Made by a program: the position numbers and the translations under genes. A DNA stretch of 64,000 nucleotides. It comes from Isurus oxyrinchus (taxonomy: Eukaryota). This document shows positions 39,837 to 54,634 of this stretch, one piece after another; positions within the stretch are counted from its first letter, which is position 1, and every line of letters starts with the position of its first letter. The notes beneath the pieces were generated by a model, which saw only the letters and a program-made list of their open reading frames with translations, was not told the DNA's origin and made no database searches. The DNA lies in NCBI GenBank assembly GCA_026770705.1, contig JANJGN010000034.1, positions 6,014,001 to 6,078,000 of the forward strand. Reading direction: 5' to 3'.

Positions 39837-40784
39837 GTGAGCCAGTCACTTTTGATGCCTGCTGAATTTCCCATCTGCTTTACTCTGAAATCAAGCAAAG
39901 CTCCAAGTGTTTCTAAAGCACAACGGAGAAACAATGATCCTGGAGCATTAATGCGTTTTTTTTTAAAAAGATGGTTAACTTTAAAGCAATAAGAGATGTG
40001 TTCTGTATGGAGAGCTGAACTGTCAGTGAAAATGTTTTCGTGCAACGCTTGGTGAGAAGCTTGGAAAGTTACTGTATGAATTGTTCATTGTTCAGAATAA
40101 TTCACGTAGATCATATCTTGGATAAAACATAGCGTGCGGTGGAGCACCAGTTGCTGGCATTCAATTGACAGACTGATGGAGGGTCTCGTGTCTATTCATT
40201 TGCACAACCTACATTTTAATTAAATATTTGGGGTGGGTATATAATCTTCCCTCTGTACGACATCGCACATTTCGCCTGGCTACCCAAAATTGAACTTCAT
40301 CTTGTAGAGCTTGGTTAATGTGAATGTTGCCAAATCAGCACTCACTGTAACATTTCGCCAACGTTAAGTGTTGTTGGTTTCAAGGTTAAAAATAAAATCC
40401 TGGACCATTTTCACGGAAAGGGCGATCAAAAGAATTATTATATGACCTTAGTAATGTGGCTTCATTTATGTTATCTCCTCACTCCATGGTGTTCAAGTTC
40501 CCCCGATAGTGCCACTGCGAGGTTAAGACAAAATCTTCATTATTCAATCTTGTTTGCCCAACAAGAAAGGTAACAAGTTGCCATTTGGCAGTGAATAAAT
40601 GGCTGTTGTCAACTTTCCATGACCTGTTCCATACAATTTTCATTGTGTTCCACGTGCTCAAGGAGAATTACGTTTGCCCTGCACTGTCAGCCGCATGCAG
40701 AATAGTTTGATTTTCTGCGAAAACATTTCCGTGGTCGGTCATGCATTTGTTCATTTTGTTATTAATTCTTGATGTGTTTCACAG

Positions 40785-40799
40785 ATAAATTAAAAAAAG
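40785..40799 (+). CDS. Microexon 6, unit 2 (15 nt; DKLKK)
   Basis: gtttcacag|ATAAATTAAAAAAAG|gtaagt. Confidence 0.85.
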
Positions 40800-41149
40800 G
40801 TAAGTGGAAATATGCTCTCGCACCTGACTATCTAAATGAGTGAAAAGAAAGATGAGAAAAGGTGGACTCGCAGTGATTACACATTCCAGTTGAAAGAAAC
40901 ATTTAAATTGTCAATTTTGTATCTAAATCTCTCTGTGGCCTCGCCTTTCCGTATTGCCTTGAGAATCCTCTGGCCTTACAACTGGCTACAAGATTTGTGT
41001 TCCCACCATGCTGGCCTCTTTCTGATTACGCTGTTCCTTCACCTTACCAATGGCGTTTTATGGCTTCTACAATATGTCCCAAGGTTCCGAAGCCTGTTTG
41101 CTAAATCTTGCGCCTCAAACACTCCCTCCTCCTTCAACATTCACATATT

Positions 41150-42250
41150 TCGTGGGCAGGTTCCAAAGTCCACTCCTCGTCCTCACCCAGGATTCTGGCC
41201 AAAAATTAAAGTTTTGTTCAAAACATGGTGAAATGCAGTGAGGTTCCTTAGCGCCTGTGGCACTTCAGTTATCGAAAAGGCCTGCTAGGAACCTTTAAAA
41301 TAATCAGCAGATGATGCACTGGCTTACATGTCCTCAGAACATACACAGGAATAGAATGCATCTTGAACAACTCAATGGCTCTTCGGGCGAATGAAGGCTT
41401 GAAGAGAACCAAACCTCCAAACGTTTTAGTTTTCTGCTGTTGGACCTAGGTATCATTCTCTAAATACAGGAGTGAAAATTGGTGTGCAACGGTTGCTCCA
41501 TCTTAATTTTTTTCCCACACGTGCATCTTTCTTTCTGAGCACATCTATCAGGCCATCAGGTGTCCATAAAATGGTGGAGGGAGAATTGCTGTGTGGTATC
41601 AAAACGATCACTTGAACTTTGCTTGCACTGCATTTGGTCAATTCAGAAAGCGAGAATTTGAATGTCGCAACACCAAAACTAACAGGAAGCTCATATGTTA
41701 TTTGTACTTGATTCCCACCTTACTCTAATGGGCTGCAAGATGGAAAACGTGCAGGAGGCAACTCAAGTCTCTTGGGTCATACTACTAAAAGTGGCTGCAA
41801 AAGAAATTGCTTATTACTGGGTGGGCAGACGGGCAGACATTGTCAGCTCTCAGCTATCAGACTCCCAAAGCAGACGCACCAAAGAGGGCAGAGGTAGATG
41901 TTAAGGGATGTGCTGAAATGCAGCATGAAGAAAAGGAATTATTCATATCGACATCTCGGTGAGCACCGTTTATAGATTAAGCCAAACGGCACCCAGCCCT
42001 ATAGGAAGGGCACCACCACTTTTAAAACGAAAAACTATAAAATGAGTTGGAAAAAAAAAACCAGGAGGGGCCAAAGGAAAACAGCATGACTCCAATTAAT
42101 GATATACGACCTTGCACCCTACAGGGCATGGGTGCATGAATTCTGCAGATCCCAAATCTGCTCCATCAGCAATATCAGGCTCATGGACGACAATTGTCCA
42201 CGGTAGTGAGGCGCTGCCAGTGATATCATTATCTACAAGCAATTAATCAC
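41150..42250 (+). mobile_element. RTE-like LINE fragment (unit 2 copy)
   Basis: Homologous to 11560-12700. Confidence 0.7.
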
Positions 42251-43564
42251 GTCCCAATGTTGCAGCACCTTCGGTTTTGTCGAAACTGTTTGTGTGGAAA
42301 CAATTTTGGTGTTTTTTTCTGGATTTAGTCACTGTATACATGCTAATTCTCCTTTCCTGTCAACAGTCTAATTTCAATCTCTACCATCAACATTTCTGCC
42401 GATGAATCTGAGGAAACAGTTGCTCGCAGGCCGTCAACTTGTGGCTTCTTACAGTACAGTTAACCATGTGGGAGAAAACCATGTTTCCCGAAGAGAAATG
42501 AAACATTTGTAACATAATTAAAGAATATAGCTTGTCACAGATTGGTTACAGCACAGAAAGTGGCCATCGGGATCTTTGCATCAGAAGCAGATCTCTGGGT
42601 GATTATCTCGGTTGTTCCCATGCTCCAGACCTTCACCTGACAACGCAAGCATCTTCCTTGTTATTCAAAGAATTATCCAGCCTCCTATTAAAAGCCAAGA
42701 TTGTCCCTTCGCAGAGCTAATTCTTAGGCCTTGCATTTAAGAACCTAATGATGAGCTGCACAATTATTTTTCCCCCTGTCCCCTTTGGTTCTCTTTCAGT
42801 GACATTAAATCAATGTCTTCCAGTTCTTGACCATTCCAGATGGGAACAGTCTAGGCCTGCGAAATATGTCAAGGCCCCGTCAAGAATTTGAGAAGACCCA
42901 TCAAATCTCCTTTCAATCATTTTGCATTTTTGATCAACCACTCTAAATTCTCTAATCTTTCCTCGTAGAAGAAACAATCATCTCTGGAAACATTTCCATG
43001 AATACACTCTCTACCATCTCTAACGTCTTCACGTCTCCCTTAACTATGATGTCCAAAATATGATAATATTCCCTAGTTGAAGCCTAACCACTGGATGAAA
43101 AGGTATACCACAACTTCCTTTATTGGCTAGCTCTTCCTCTATTTATAAAGCCGAGGATTTAATCTGGCTAAGTGACAGCTTTTTCAATCTGCCCTACATC
43201 TTGCAACCATTTGTTCTCTTAAACTTCAAATGCTCCATCAGCTGTTCCAATCCAATATGGAATGCTATCACAAGTTGATCATTACCTCCTCCTACCAAAA
43301 TGAATCACTTCATGCCTCCCTCTATTAATTTCACCTGCAATAAGTTCTCCAATTCCACCAGTCCATCTGCGTCCATTTGACATATTTCACCATCTTCCTT
43401 GCAATTCACAGCCCTGTAAAATCTGAAAACTGAAGGTCTGAATGTTTTGCACTGGACACTGATGTTTAAATCCTTGATGCATACCATGTAGATCGATTGG
43501 AAGGGTGAACCTGCAGAGTTTTTGTTGTCACTTCAGTGTGGATCATCCATTTTATGAATTACAG

Positions 43565-43600
43565 AGCTAAGCGACTGTCAACAAGCTGTAAATGACCGAG
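43565..43600 (+). CDS. Microexon 7, unit 2 (36 nt; ELSDCQQAVNDR)
   Basis: aattacag|AGCTAA...GACCGAG|gtgagc. Confidence 0.88.
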
Positions 43601-44022
43601 GTGAGCAAAACATTCCTGGTGTCACTTTCGGTAACATGCCTTATTATTTTGAACAATGAAGCAAATATGTTTATATTCTTTAAAAAGTGAAGTCAGCAAT
43701 TCAGTCACCAGTTGTTTGGCGATAGGCTTACATTCACTTCTGTAATTTCAATAAAATAAAATACTGGGCAGAAAGTAAAACAGGCCGACCATCCGATAGT
43801 GGACAGGATGACTTTCCGATGCTCCATTCGACATGATTATTGGCGCTTTTTGTCACAACTCTTGCTCAATCCTGCACACTAACTGAATTATGTATATTAT
43901 TAACTTTATCGATTTGGTACCACGTTGGAAATGTGTTCTAACCAATAATGAAACTCCCCAACTCGTGAAAAATGTTGTTTAATCTTAGAATTTTTTGATT
44001 GTTATCATGTAATCCCAAACAG

Positions 44023-44049
44023 AAGAAAAACTCAACGCAAAAGAAAAAG
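44023..44049 (+). CDS. Microexon 8, unit 2 (27 nt; EEKLNAKEK)
   Basis: ccaaacag|AAGAAA...GAAAAAG|gtacct. Confidence 0.8.
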
Positions 44050-45669
44050 GTACCTGATCTGACATATTTTTCTTCAAAAAGCCAAAGATTGACAATGGCT
44101 GTTGCTTCTTTACGTGATTTGTTTTGTTTTCGTATGAATGTTTTATGATTTTTTTTTTACTAAGCAGATTGCTAGAATGTACCCTAAGAGTTGGCAGCAG
44201 AAAAATGCTATAAAAGGGCTCCATAGTTTCGAGCTACAAGGGCATATTTTCGGAAGATGTGTCAAAAAAGTTGGAAGACAATAAATAACATGTGAACTAC
44301 TTAACTGAGAAAGGAATTCCCTTAATGCTCCTGAAACAATGTAGTGTTAACAACAAAGTACTCGCTAGCATACTGAATTTGGAAATAAAACTTGCGTGGT
44401 GGTTAAGAATGACAGGTTTGGAGATAGAGTTCTTGTGAAGCCGTTGTGTTGTCACAACTTTCGACCAGAAGCTCCACATTCAAGTATCACTTCAGGACTT
44501 GCTGGTTGTTCAAAAGGTTTTCGTAAGGTGGCCGGCTGTATTGGTTACCAACTTGTAAAATCTTCCAATGCACCTGGCATCAGGTGCTAAAAAGGGAAGA
44601 GATCCTTGCCAGCCAGACTCCAGTAAGCAACGTCAAATGGCTGTCGTACTTTGCCGAGAATAATCATGGCCATATCCACTGGAAATCCATGATCACCAAC
44701 ACTCTCTGAATGCAAAGTACCTGAACACTAGGAATGAAAACATGTATGCGGAAAGGTGTCCTATTGGAGGATAGGCTTTGGCATTGGACACATGATTTGA
44801 CAGAGAGATATTTTTCTCTAATTTATATAGCTCGGTCTACCCTCTCGTTATCGAATTCCATAGACTTAAATATTTTTTTTCAAATGCAACTCATCCAAAT
44901 TGGCAAGGAAAAATGACAGAGCGCCCTCTATATTTGATTGGTGATGTGCCTCACCATGCAGAAGCACCGTGTATCTACTTAAATAATGTAATTGAACAAT
45001 CGTTAATGGGAAGAACTTGGCAAAGTCCAGCAGAAAAAGAAAATCTGCAAAAGCATTTGATTCCACAATTGTACAAGTTAATTTGCAAAAAGATGCACGG
45101 TGCATGTTACTAATTGAGACTTACTGCTACGTTAAAGATGGAATTATTCGATGTCTTATTTTTTAAGCATGTATAATATGCAAGTAAAATATGCTAAAGC
45201 ATGCCATGCAACTATTGGACGACATCTCGGGGAGATTCAATGTGATGTCTCTGTATGTTATTGCACAATCTGTAGTCAAGTAAGGTTACTGATGCCAGCC
45301 TTGCGCTTATTGCTACTGCAACCCCAGAATTCTGCTCTTCCTTAAAATATGGTAAGAAATGACGGCCCAAATTAGACCTCAATTTTTTTATGAATATGAT
45401 ACAAGGACCAACTGAGGTAAATATTCTGACATTTTTTATGGGTAAGTTAAGTAGGCGCTTCAGGAGGAAGTGTGCTGGAGTACATATGAGTAATATGAGA
45501 TGCAGTATGTCGTAGTATGGAGCGCGTGGAAGGACATAATCCACTTTGTCTCATACTTTGATCTGCAATGTGAATGCTGCGTAGTATGTCGGGATGGTGG
45601 GTGGGAGGGAGAGGGAGAAACGTGTTGAAATTGTAATCATGTTCAAACTCTCACATCTGACCATTTCAG

Positions 45670-45705
45670 AGATTCTAACGTGTCAAGTGTCTTTAAAGGA
45701 TTCAG
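45670..45705 (+). CDS. Microexon 9, unit 2 (36 nt; EILTCQVSLKDS)
   Basis: ccatttcag|AGATTC...GATTCAG|gtggga. Confidence 0.83.
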
Positions 45706-46701
45706 GTGGGAAATATATTTGGTATTTGTGTAAAATACCCGCTGTACAAAATATTCCTGCAATTCCTAGCCCACACGTAGAATACCGAAATGCTGATCAG
45801 TAATTTTAAATGAACAGATATAGATTTTGCCTGCATCATATAGTTGCCCAGAATAGAAAAAGGGCAAACCTCTACTTTGCCTGTAACTGCTAGATGAAAG
45901 GATTTTTTCCCTCTCCATCTCTCTCTCTCTCATTTTCTGCATTCCAGCAATATTTCCACACAACCTTCAAAGCGCTTGTTCTACAGAATAATGTGTTGCT
46001 CCCCGCCAACCCCCTCCGCCCCACCCTATGATTTGTCTATGAATAAGCTTAAATGTGTGTTTCTTTGTTGCTGGTCGTCCTAGACGTGGGAACAATTTAT
46101 TGTTATTAAATTTCTTAAGAATGATGTTCTCATAATATTGGGCGTCTTTATCATAGGGTCCATTAACCTTCTTGCTGTGATCATAAAAATCTCAGCTCCC
46201 CTCTGCTGTCTATATATCTGACAGCCTTGGTACTGTCGATTAAATCTCCCCTGTGCTCCCAACACGATTTGTCAATCATTGCAAAGCGTGGTGCATCGAA
46301 TTTAAATACAGTATCCTAGAGAGGCACATACTAAACAACAATCATTGAGAATCTGCACTGAGTGTCGGCATATTGGTTAGATTCACAGCTTCAGAAGTGA
46401 GTTTTCCATCAATTATTAATCCCGACTAATGCGTTATTCTGTAAGCGGACGTGTTTGAGCGGGCGTGGAACGGATGGCCATTGCGATTGAGTCAGTTTCA
46501 CGCTGCTGTCCATGATCATTATTTGCCTCAACATGTAGCATCATCTACATTATTGACTTGAGTGCAAAGTTATGCACGCTGCAGCATGCTTGATATAGCA
46601 ACAGTTAAAAAATTTAATCCACCTGCAATTTTGTGCCTTATATAAAACTTCAACTGTTTCATTGATTCCACAATCTTCCTGTTAACGTCATGCCTTGACA
46701 G

Positions 46702-46728
46702 AAACAAAGCTGAAAGGCAAAGAAAAAG
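46702..46728 (+). CDS. Microexon 10, unit 2 (27 nt; ETKLKGKEK)
   Basis: ccttgacag|AAACAA...GAAAAAG|gtagcc. Confidence 0.85.
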
Positions 46729-47949
46729 GTAGCCAGTTTAAGAATTTGCTGTTTGTAAAAGACAGATACTATCGTGTTAGTAGTCTATCTATGCGCCTTT
46801 TGTTTCCTGATTAACTTCTCTCAAATAGCATTTAGTATTATTAATCGGAAGATCGGTTGAATTTGGTAATGGGCAAAATGTGGAGAAAATCTTTCAGTTT
46901 GATGTCGCAGCCATAATTGAGAGCCAGTAAGATAGTAGTTTATCATGTATACAAACTAAAACATAGGAGGAATGTATTGATCCAGAAAACGATTAGAATG
47001 TGGAATTCGCTGCTGCATGATCCTTTCTTACAGGGAATTTCGCTGCATTTTTTTTTAAGGCTGAGGACACCGAGATCCCACGAAAATTCAATCGACCTGA
47101 TTATCATGGGGTAAATCTGGTGTTGTCCCCAAAAAAAAATTAGTTTAGCATTGCCAACTCCATATTAAACTTTCCTGTGCATTGTTAAGCCAAGTTACCG
47201 CGTGCTTGCAGTCTGGCTTAAAGACTTACTTCCAGAAAATAGCGATCCTTTCCCTTGAGGACATTTTGGGCTTTGGGTCCTGACTTCGGAAGGATACATG
47301 TTGATCTATAAATATCAAGAATGTGTTCCCTACGGCGGTTTGCAGTCGTTTCAGAGGCCATGTGTGATGGAAATTGCTCGTCGAATTCTCTGTCAGCCAA
47401 CGAGCTGAATGGCGGTCGATCATTTAGGAATGCTGTGTACCAAACTCTGTAAAGTTCATGCACTAAGTCACAAATCAAACTGATCATTCTAATCAGAATA
47501 TTAAAGCGGAGTCTCTCACATCCTCATATAGAAGCTATGTAAACAATATGTACATGCACAAAAACATTTTGCCTGATTAAACAAAGGTGCTATGAATTAC
47601 ACCAAAACATTTCTAGGTTAACACGGATTTTAATTTCTCTAACAAAGACAGTTCACGAATGAAAACATGCCAATATCTCCTTTGAAATGCAGAAGTTCGT
47701 CACAAATAAAATGCAGTTAGCGAAGGAGATTCGTATAATTCCAGCTGCATTCCCCTATTCAAGCTAAGTTTCTAACAGCAGTATAGGGTCCAGACACGAT
47801 GGTTAAGAGGATTACGGGGCCAGTTTGATTGCTGTTGCGGAATGTCAGGATTCTAAACGGAACTCTTTGTACTCTAGACGAGGAAATGTATCTGATAACA
47901 TTGAGAATGCCATGATCCTTATAAACCAGTTGCTTTCTTTCTGTCTTAG

Positions 47950-47976
47950 AATTGAATGACAGTCAGCGAAAGTGCA
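47950..47976 (+). CDS. Microexon 11, unit 2 (27 nt; ELNDSQRKC)
   Basis: tctttctgtcttag|AATTGA...AGTGCA|gtgagt. Confidence 0.88.
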
Positions 47977-48833
47977 GTGAGTATTCCATGAGCCAGAAGC
48001 CACCAAGGTGTGGATTTCTTGATTGATTATAAGGCCTGTACTGTGGAAAGAGCTTATCCGTATACAAAACGTGTGCCTTGGGCGACAAAATGTATTCTAG
48101 TGAGTGATTAAACCACATCCCCAAGGCATGAGCAGAAAATGTGTAAAAGGAAATTGCGGTGTTACATTATTGCCTAAAGCTGCGCTGAATGTTTTGCTCT
48201 CGCAGCTTCCAGCTTTTTAGCTGTGACTCAGTAGACAGAACTTGCGACTTTTGGTCACAAAGTTGCGAATTCAAGTCCAAATTTAGAAGTTGAGCAGAGG
48301 TGCAGATGCTGACACGTCAGTGCAGCCCTCAGAGCTGCTCTTACGTAAGTTGTTCGGAAAGGTGTTATTCACGTTGGCGATCAGAATATTAACAAACTAT
48401 CTGATAGAGGTGAACATACTCATTAAGATGCAGGAGAGAGTAAACAAGAGAGAGTTGCTCCATTGGCAGGAACGGTATATAATCTGTAGAGACCGAGTTA
48501 AGGTAATTGACGTCATAAACAATGGTGCCATGCCAGAGACATTTACTTTTCCAGCGAGTGGTTAACATTTGGATTACACGGCTAATGATGCTATGGAGTA
48601 ATGGTCTATAGACGTTTTCAACAGCGTATTAAATAAGTATAACAAGAAGTGAGTTACATTGGAGAATCATTACTTGGAACAGCGGGACAGTGGGATGAAA
48701 TAAAATTAATAGAGAGATTTGGCACTGGCTGGACGTGTCAGATGGTCTCTCTTTCTATCTGTCTGGCTGCCTCTCTCCCTCGCTCTCTCTCTCTATCTCC
48801 CTCTCTATATGTTATTCAGCTGATTAGAAAGAA

Positions 48834-49259
48834 NNNNNNNNNNNNNNNNNNNNNNNNNNNNNNNNNNNNNNNNNNNNNNNNNNNNNNNNNNNNNNNNNNN
48901 NNNNNNNNNNNNNNNNNNNNNNNNNNNNNNNNNNNNNNNNNNNNNNNNNNNNNNNNNNNNNNNNNNNNNNNNNNNNNNNNNNNNNNNNNNNNNNNNNNNN
49001 NNNNNNNNNNNNNNNNNNNNNNNNNNNNNNNNNNNNNNNNNNNNNNNNNNNNNNNNNNNNNNNNNNNNNNNNNNNNNNNNNNNNNNNNNNNNNNNNNNNN
49101 NNNNNNNNNNNNNNNNNNNNNNNNNNNNNNNNNNNNNNNNNNNNNNNNNNNNNNNNNNNNNNNNNNNNNNNNNNNNNNNNNNNNNNNNNNNNNNNNNNNN
49201 NNNNNNNNNNNNNNNNNNNNNNNNNNNNNNNNNNNNNNNNNNNNNNNNNNNNNNNNNNN
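48834..49259. other. Assembly gap (426 N)
   Basis: Run of N at the position homologous to the unit 1 TAGA tract. Confidence 0.99.
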
Positions 49260-50049
49260 AAGCGACTGCAGCAAGGCATAAAGAGTCGAGCAGCATAGAA
49301 AGCATTTGGCTGATCGGAATTAATGCACCTAACTCTGAAGAGATGCATTTTTTGCAAAACCAATAGAGGGGGGCAAATACCCTTATTGAAACGATTCTTT
49401 AGTGTGCACAGAAAAGAAAAGGAGCAGAAGTTGTCTTGAAACACTATAAGTGCATGAAGCAGTTATTCAGATTATTGGGCAAAATATGAGGAGACATTCA
49501 GCACTAAAGTAGAAAATTGTGCTGAACCTTTTGAAACTCTGGTTATGCATCAGTTAACGTTGTTGCATCCGGTTATCAACACATTCGAAAGGAGCAACTG
49601 ATCATTAGGAAGTTGCTTAAGAGAACTGGCAGAATGTTTCCATGGATAAGTGAATTTAATGACCAAGTAAGATTGGTGGACGCGCAATTGTTTTCCTTAG
49701 AGCATAGAAGGCTAAGAGGAGATCTATAAGTTAATGTCAAGTATTGGCAAGAGAAAAAAAAAATAAATCCCGTTCTGATACGCTTAAGGTACAGGGATGA
49801 GAAGGACGCAATTTTCCACTTTGTGCACCAAACGATTAGAAAATATTAGATCTGTTGGCTTTGCAAGCGAAACTTACATGCCATGGACAAATGCAATAAT
49901 ATATTAAAAATTAGGGAACGGATGGGGAGGTACTTTGTTAATTAGAGCCCATTTTCTGTAACTCACCATCTAACAAGGTGGTGAAATATTATTCATTCAG
50001 TAATTTCAAAATGAATTAAGATTGGTGCATGGGCTGATTAAATCGACAG

Positions 50050-52950
50050 GCAGACGGTGAAATTGTGGGAAAACAGGAATGACTGCTCGGCTATGGAGAA
50101 TGCGAATGGGTTCTACCGGTCATAGGGCATCAGTCGTTCTGGACATGTTGCCCCAAACCCACCATATGCCTTTTACTTGCCATCAGAAATGGTCACAGTG
50201 TTGAATCAAAAGTGCAACAGAAAATTGGATAAGGGCCGAAACTGGAGAGACATGTCAGGTTCGAACCAGTTACTGGGTAAAGCAACAAAAAATTCAGCCC
50301 TGACAACCCTGCTAAGATAGCTTTACTAACAACTGGGGGCTGGTGCCAACAGGGGGATATAAATCGCACAGGCCAGTTAAACATAAGTCATATTTATAAT
50401 CAGGGATTCACCGTTGCCGTCAAAGGCATGGCATGGCCATCTTTGGACAGGCCCAGCCCAGATGGTGGCGTTACAGAGTGTTGATGGAGCCTAAGCTCCG
50501 ACTCTGGACCCCATGAAGTCACATGACATCAAGCCAAACATGGGCAAGGAAACCTCCTGCTGATTAGCTCGTGCCCCAGTCAACAACCAACTTTGCAGCT
50601 GATGAATCATTACTCCTCCATGTTAAACGTCACTTGGAGAAACATTGAGGGCAGCAGGGGCAGAACATTTACTTCAATCACCAACACGAAAATTGGCTTC
50701 GTAGCACCACAGTAGACCGAGCGAGATGAGTTCAAAGTGACATAGGTGCTAGGCTGGGGCTGTGGCTGTTCGTGAGGGAGCAAACAAGAGAGGGAACAAT
50801 ACCTGGCCTCATTCTCAGGAACCTGCCTGCTGCTGGGGTGTCTGTCGATGAAAGTATCGGTAGTCGTGACCACTGCACAGTTGTTGTGGAGACAATGGGG
50901 ATACCAGCCAACTTGTGGTGCTGCACTACTATCGTGCCAAAGGTGATAAATTAGGAACAGATCAACCATGTAAAACCGAGGTAGTCACGAGCCTATGTGG
51001 TCCATCCACAGAAGCAGAACTGTACTCTTTCACGTTGTGTAACCTCATTGCCCGGCACATCCTACAGTCTTCAATCACCAGCCAGCTTGGGTATCCAGCC
51101 TGGTTCAAAGAAGAGTGCAAGGTGGCATGCCAGGAGCAGCACCAGTCATGCCTATAAACAAAGTGGCAACCAGGTGAAGCAACATAGCAGATCCACTTGC
51201 GTGCCAGACAGCATAAGCAGCAAGTGATAGACAGAGCTAATCCATTGCACAACCAGTGGAGCAGATCTAAGCTCTACAGTGCTGTCACATCCTGTTGTCA
51301 ATTGCGGTGGGCAATTACATAATGCACCAGAAAAAAGATCCACAACGGTCTCCATGCTTCTTGATGATAGACTGCCAAGCATCGGGGCAAAAAATAAGGC
51401 TCGAACATATGTAATAAGTATCGAGTAGGTAACCCATGTCGGCCCCGTCCAGAGATGCCCGGCTTTGCAGATGCCAGCCTTCAGCTAATTCTATTCACCC
51501 CATGTGATATCATGAAATGGCTGAAGCAACTGGATGCTGCAAAGGCTAGGTGCACTGACCATATTCTGGCAATTGTATTGAGGACTTGCTCAAGATTTTT
51601 TTGCGCCCTTATCAAGGCTGTTCCAGTACGGCTACAGCACTAGCATCGACCTTGCAATTTACTCCCTTGCCCAGGTGTGCCTTGTGCACACAAATCAGGG
51701 CAAATCGAAACCAGCCAATTATCGTCCCATCAGTATTCTGCCAATCATCAGTGAAGTGAGGAAAGTGTCAGGATCTGCTATCACGCGGCACTTGCTCAGC
51801 AATTACCTGCTCATTGCTCAGTTTGGGAACCGCCACTGTCCCTAGGTTCCTGACTGCATCACAGATTTGGTTTTAACAGGGACAAAAGGGCTGAACTGCA
51901 GTGGTGTCGTGAGAGTTTTTGTCATCGATAACAAGGTAGAATTGGCCAATTCTTCCACCAAGGAACCCTAGCAAAATTGGAGTCAATGGGAATCAAAGGG
52001 AGTTGTCTGCATTGGTTGAAATCATACCTAGCTGGAAGAAAGATTGCTGTCGTTGTTGGAGGTCAATGATCAACAGTTAAAGGGCATGATTTCAGGAGAT
52101 CCTCAGGGTAGTGTTCTACGCCCAACCGCTCTCAGCTGCTTTTTCTTGGAACTTCCTTCTGTCATAAGTTCAGAAATGGGGGTATTTGCTGATGACCGCA
52201 CAATATACATAACAATTCATGACTCCTTAAATAATGAAGCAGTCAATTTCCAAATGCAGCAAGACATGTGCAAGCAACGATCATCGTTATCAAGAAATTG
52301 TAAATCCATCACCTTATGACAATTAATGGCAATGTCCACAAGAACAGCTCAGGCGCTGAAAACACTGCAAATTGGAATGGAGCTCCTATGGCCCGAAAGC
52401 CTGTCAACTATCTATAAGGTGCACTTCATCTTTGTGTTTGAATACTGCTCAGCTGCCTGGTTGTGTATAGGTCCAACAACACTCAAGAACCTTGACAACA
52501 TCCATGGTAAAACACCCCACTTGATTGGCAATCCCATCACACACACATTCAGTCCATCCACCGCCGATTGTCCGTGGCATCAGTGAATTATATCTGCAAC
52601 ATGCATTGCAGGAACTCAACAGGGCTCCTGTGGCAGCAGCTTCCAAATCAGCATTCACTGCCGTCTAGAAACAAAAGGGAAGCAGATTTCTGGGACCAAC
52701 ACCACTTTACAGTTCGCGAACAAGCCACTCATCATCCTGCCTTGAAAGATAGGTTGATTCCTTCACTGTCATAGGATTGAAATGATGGAAATCCTTTGCT
52801 AACAGCAGCGTACAATGACTTACTTCAGATGGACTGAAGCGCTTCAAGAAAGCAGTTCACCACATCCATCTCAAGGACAATTAGGGATGGGCAGTAAATT
52901 ATGTTCTCACCCGCGATGCCCAGATCACATGAATCAATTAAAGAAGGTGA
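50050..52950 (+). mobile_element. Degenerate CR1-clade LINE ORF2 (unit 2 copy)
   Basis: VREQTREGTIPGLILRNLPAAGVSVDESIGSRDH; SGDPQGSVLRPTALSCF...SEMGVFADDRTIY. Confidence 0.88.
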
Positions 52951-54568
52951 AAATACAAGCTATCCGGTCACTGTTAGTCTGATTTGAGAATGCTATAAGG
53001 AAATCAGATACAGTTTCTCATGTATAGCAACAGTAACGACACTTCTAAATTCTACATTGCCTGTCTGGTACTTTGGAAATATCCATGTTTGTAAAATGAG
53101 CAATATATTTGTATTTCCTTCTACCTTTGTAAGTGGACCTGGATATGCCAGTTAATACTGCCAAGCCAATAGTGCTCTGATTAATTTCTTCTGGAAATTT
53201 TCTTTTGTCAGGCTGCATTTAAGTTGCATGTCCAGTAATGAACTCCAATTAGGAATAAAAAAAACAATACTAACTCAAATTGGGCAGTGAAGTTTTGCTT
53301 TCCATATATCTGAAAGACTTTACATGCAAAGCGTGCACAGTGCTAATATTCGTGCAATTTCCTTAAACCAAACATCGATTACATTATTCGTTCCTCCCGT
53401 TGCTGATTTTGGATTATACTTAGATATCAATGTTGTTTCTGGTTTCAAGATTATGCACACACATAACAAAACAGAGTTCCCAGACAAATTATGGAAACGT
53501 GATATTAGCACCGAGCGATATACATTTTCTGAAAGATTGGCATGGCCATCTAGAAAACTGATGTCTGAATGGTGAGGTGACAGGAGTCGTTACAATTATG
53601 CAAGGTTTTTTGATTGAGTCCTGAACTTGGGCCTCTAAATAAAACGAAGTCACTAAGCATTATTTAGAAATTCAGGGGATATGTCCACTCACAGGATATT
53701 TATAAGGTGGAATCAGTACTGCAAGCTGCAATAATGTAAAGGCCAAATTTGCATGCAAGGGCAAATGTACGAGAGAGAAAGATGTTGAGAGAAACTCTGA
53801 TTGGGTTCGTTGAAGCTAGTCGGAGGGCCCGTGTGGAACATACGAACAGCAGCAGCGTCTGGATGGGATGAAGGCCTGATTCCATGCTTTAAAATGGATT
53901 TAAATCTAAGAAACAATAAACTGGAGAATTCAACAAAATGGGGCCAACCATACAGCAGGAGGCAGGAGTTACTTGAAGATCACCTATCAGAATGACATGT
54001 GCCAACATCCACCGCAACAATGATTGGACCTAGTGCGCCAAAAGTCATAACATGCAACTTGAATTTAATTTTTCAGTTTTCCTGTAACACGCGATTTTTA
54101 ATCTGCATTTCAATAATTACTTAAATTCACAGCCGGTCTAACATCGAAAATTTCTCCTCCCTGCAAACTTGAGCAGAAAGATTTAGTCTATGACCCTACT
54201 CCAGCAGCGGCAGAGGACTGCACTAATGGAATTGCAGCATTTTGATGGACAGCTTTAGCTGAGTCACTGTCTGTCCTTTGAATTGGCGTTTTTTTTTCTT
54301 AATTCGATCCTATGGTTCTGCTGGGAAAGTAAGGGAAGCTATCGAAGTTGCCCTGTCCAAAATTTAATCCTCCATCTGTTTAAGAAAAATGGCGACTGGA
54401 TACATCTTATAATTGCCTCTGGGAGCCTGTGATACACGAACTGGTTTCAAGTTGTTCTGCATTACAGCATTACTTCAGAAGAATAATTTTGGCTACAAAG
54501 CATTTTTGGAGGCCTTAAATTCACGATAGGCGCTGTTGAAATGCAAGTTTTGTTTTTCTCTCTTGCAG

Positions 54569-54595
54569 AACGAGATCTCGGGGAAAAAGATTCAG
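54569..54595 (+). CDS. Microexon 12, unit 2 (27 nt; KRDLGEKDS)
   Basis: tttctctcttgcag|AACGAG...GATTCAG|gtaaac. Confidence 0.86.
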
Positions 54596-54634
54596 GTAAA
54601 CAACATATGTATTCAGCACTGCCCTTCTCGTACT

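Noticed and set aside
48649-49444. Long ORFs of 150-210 aa in the ORF track
   Set aside because: Artefacts of reading through the N gap
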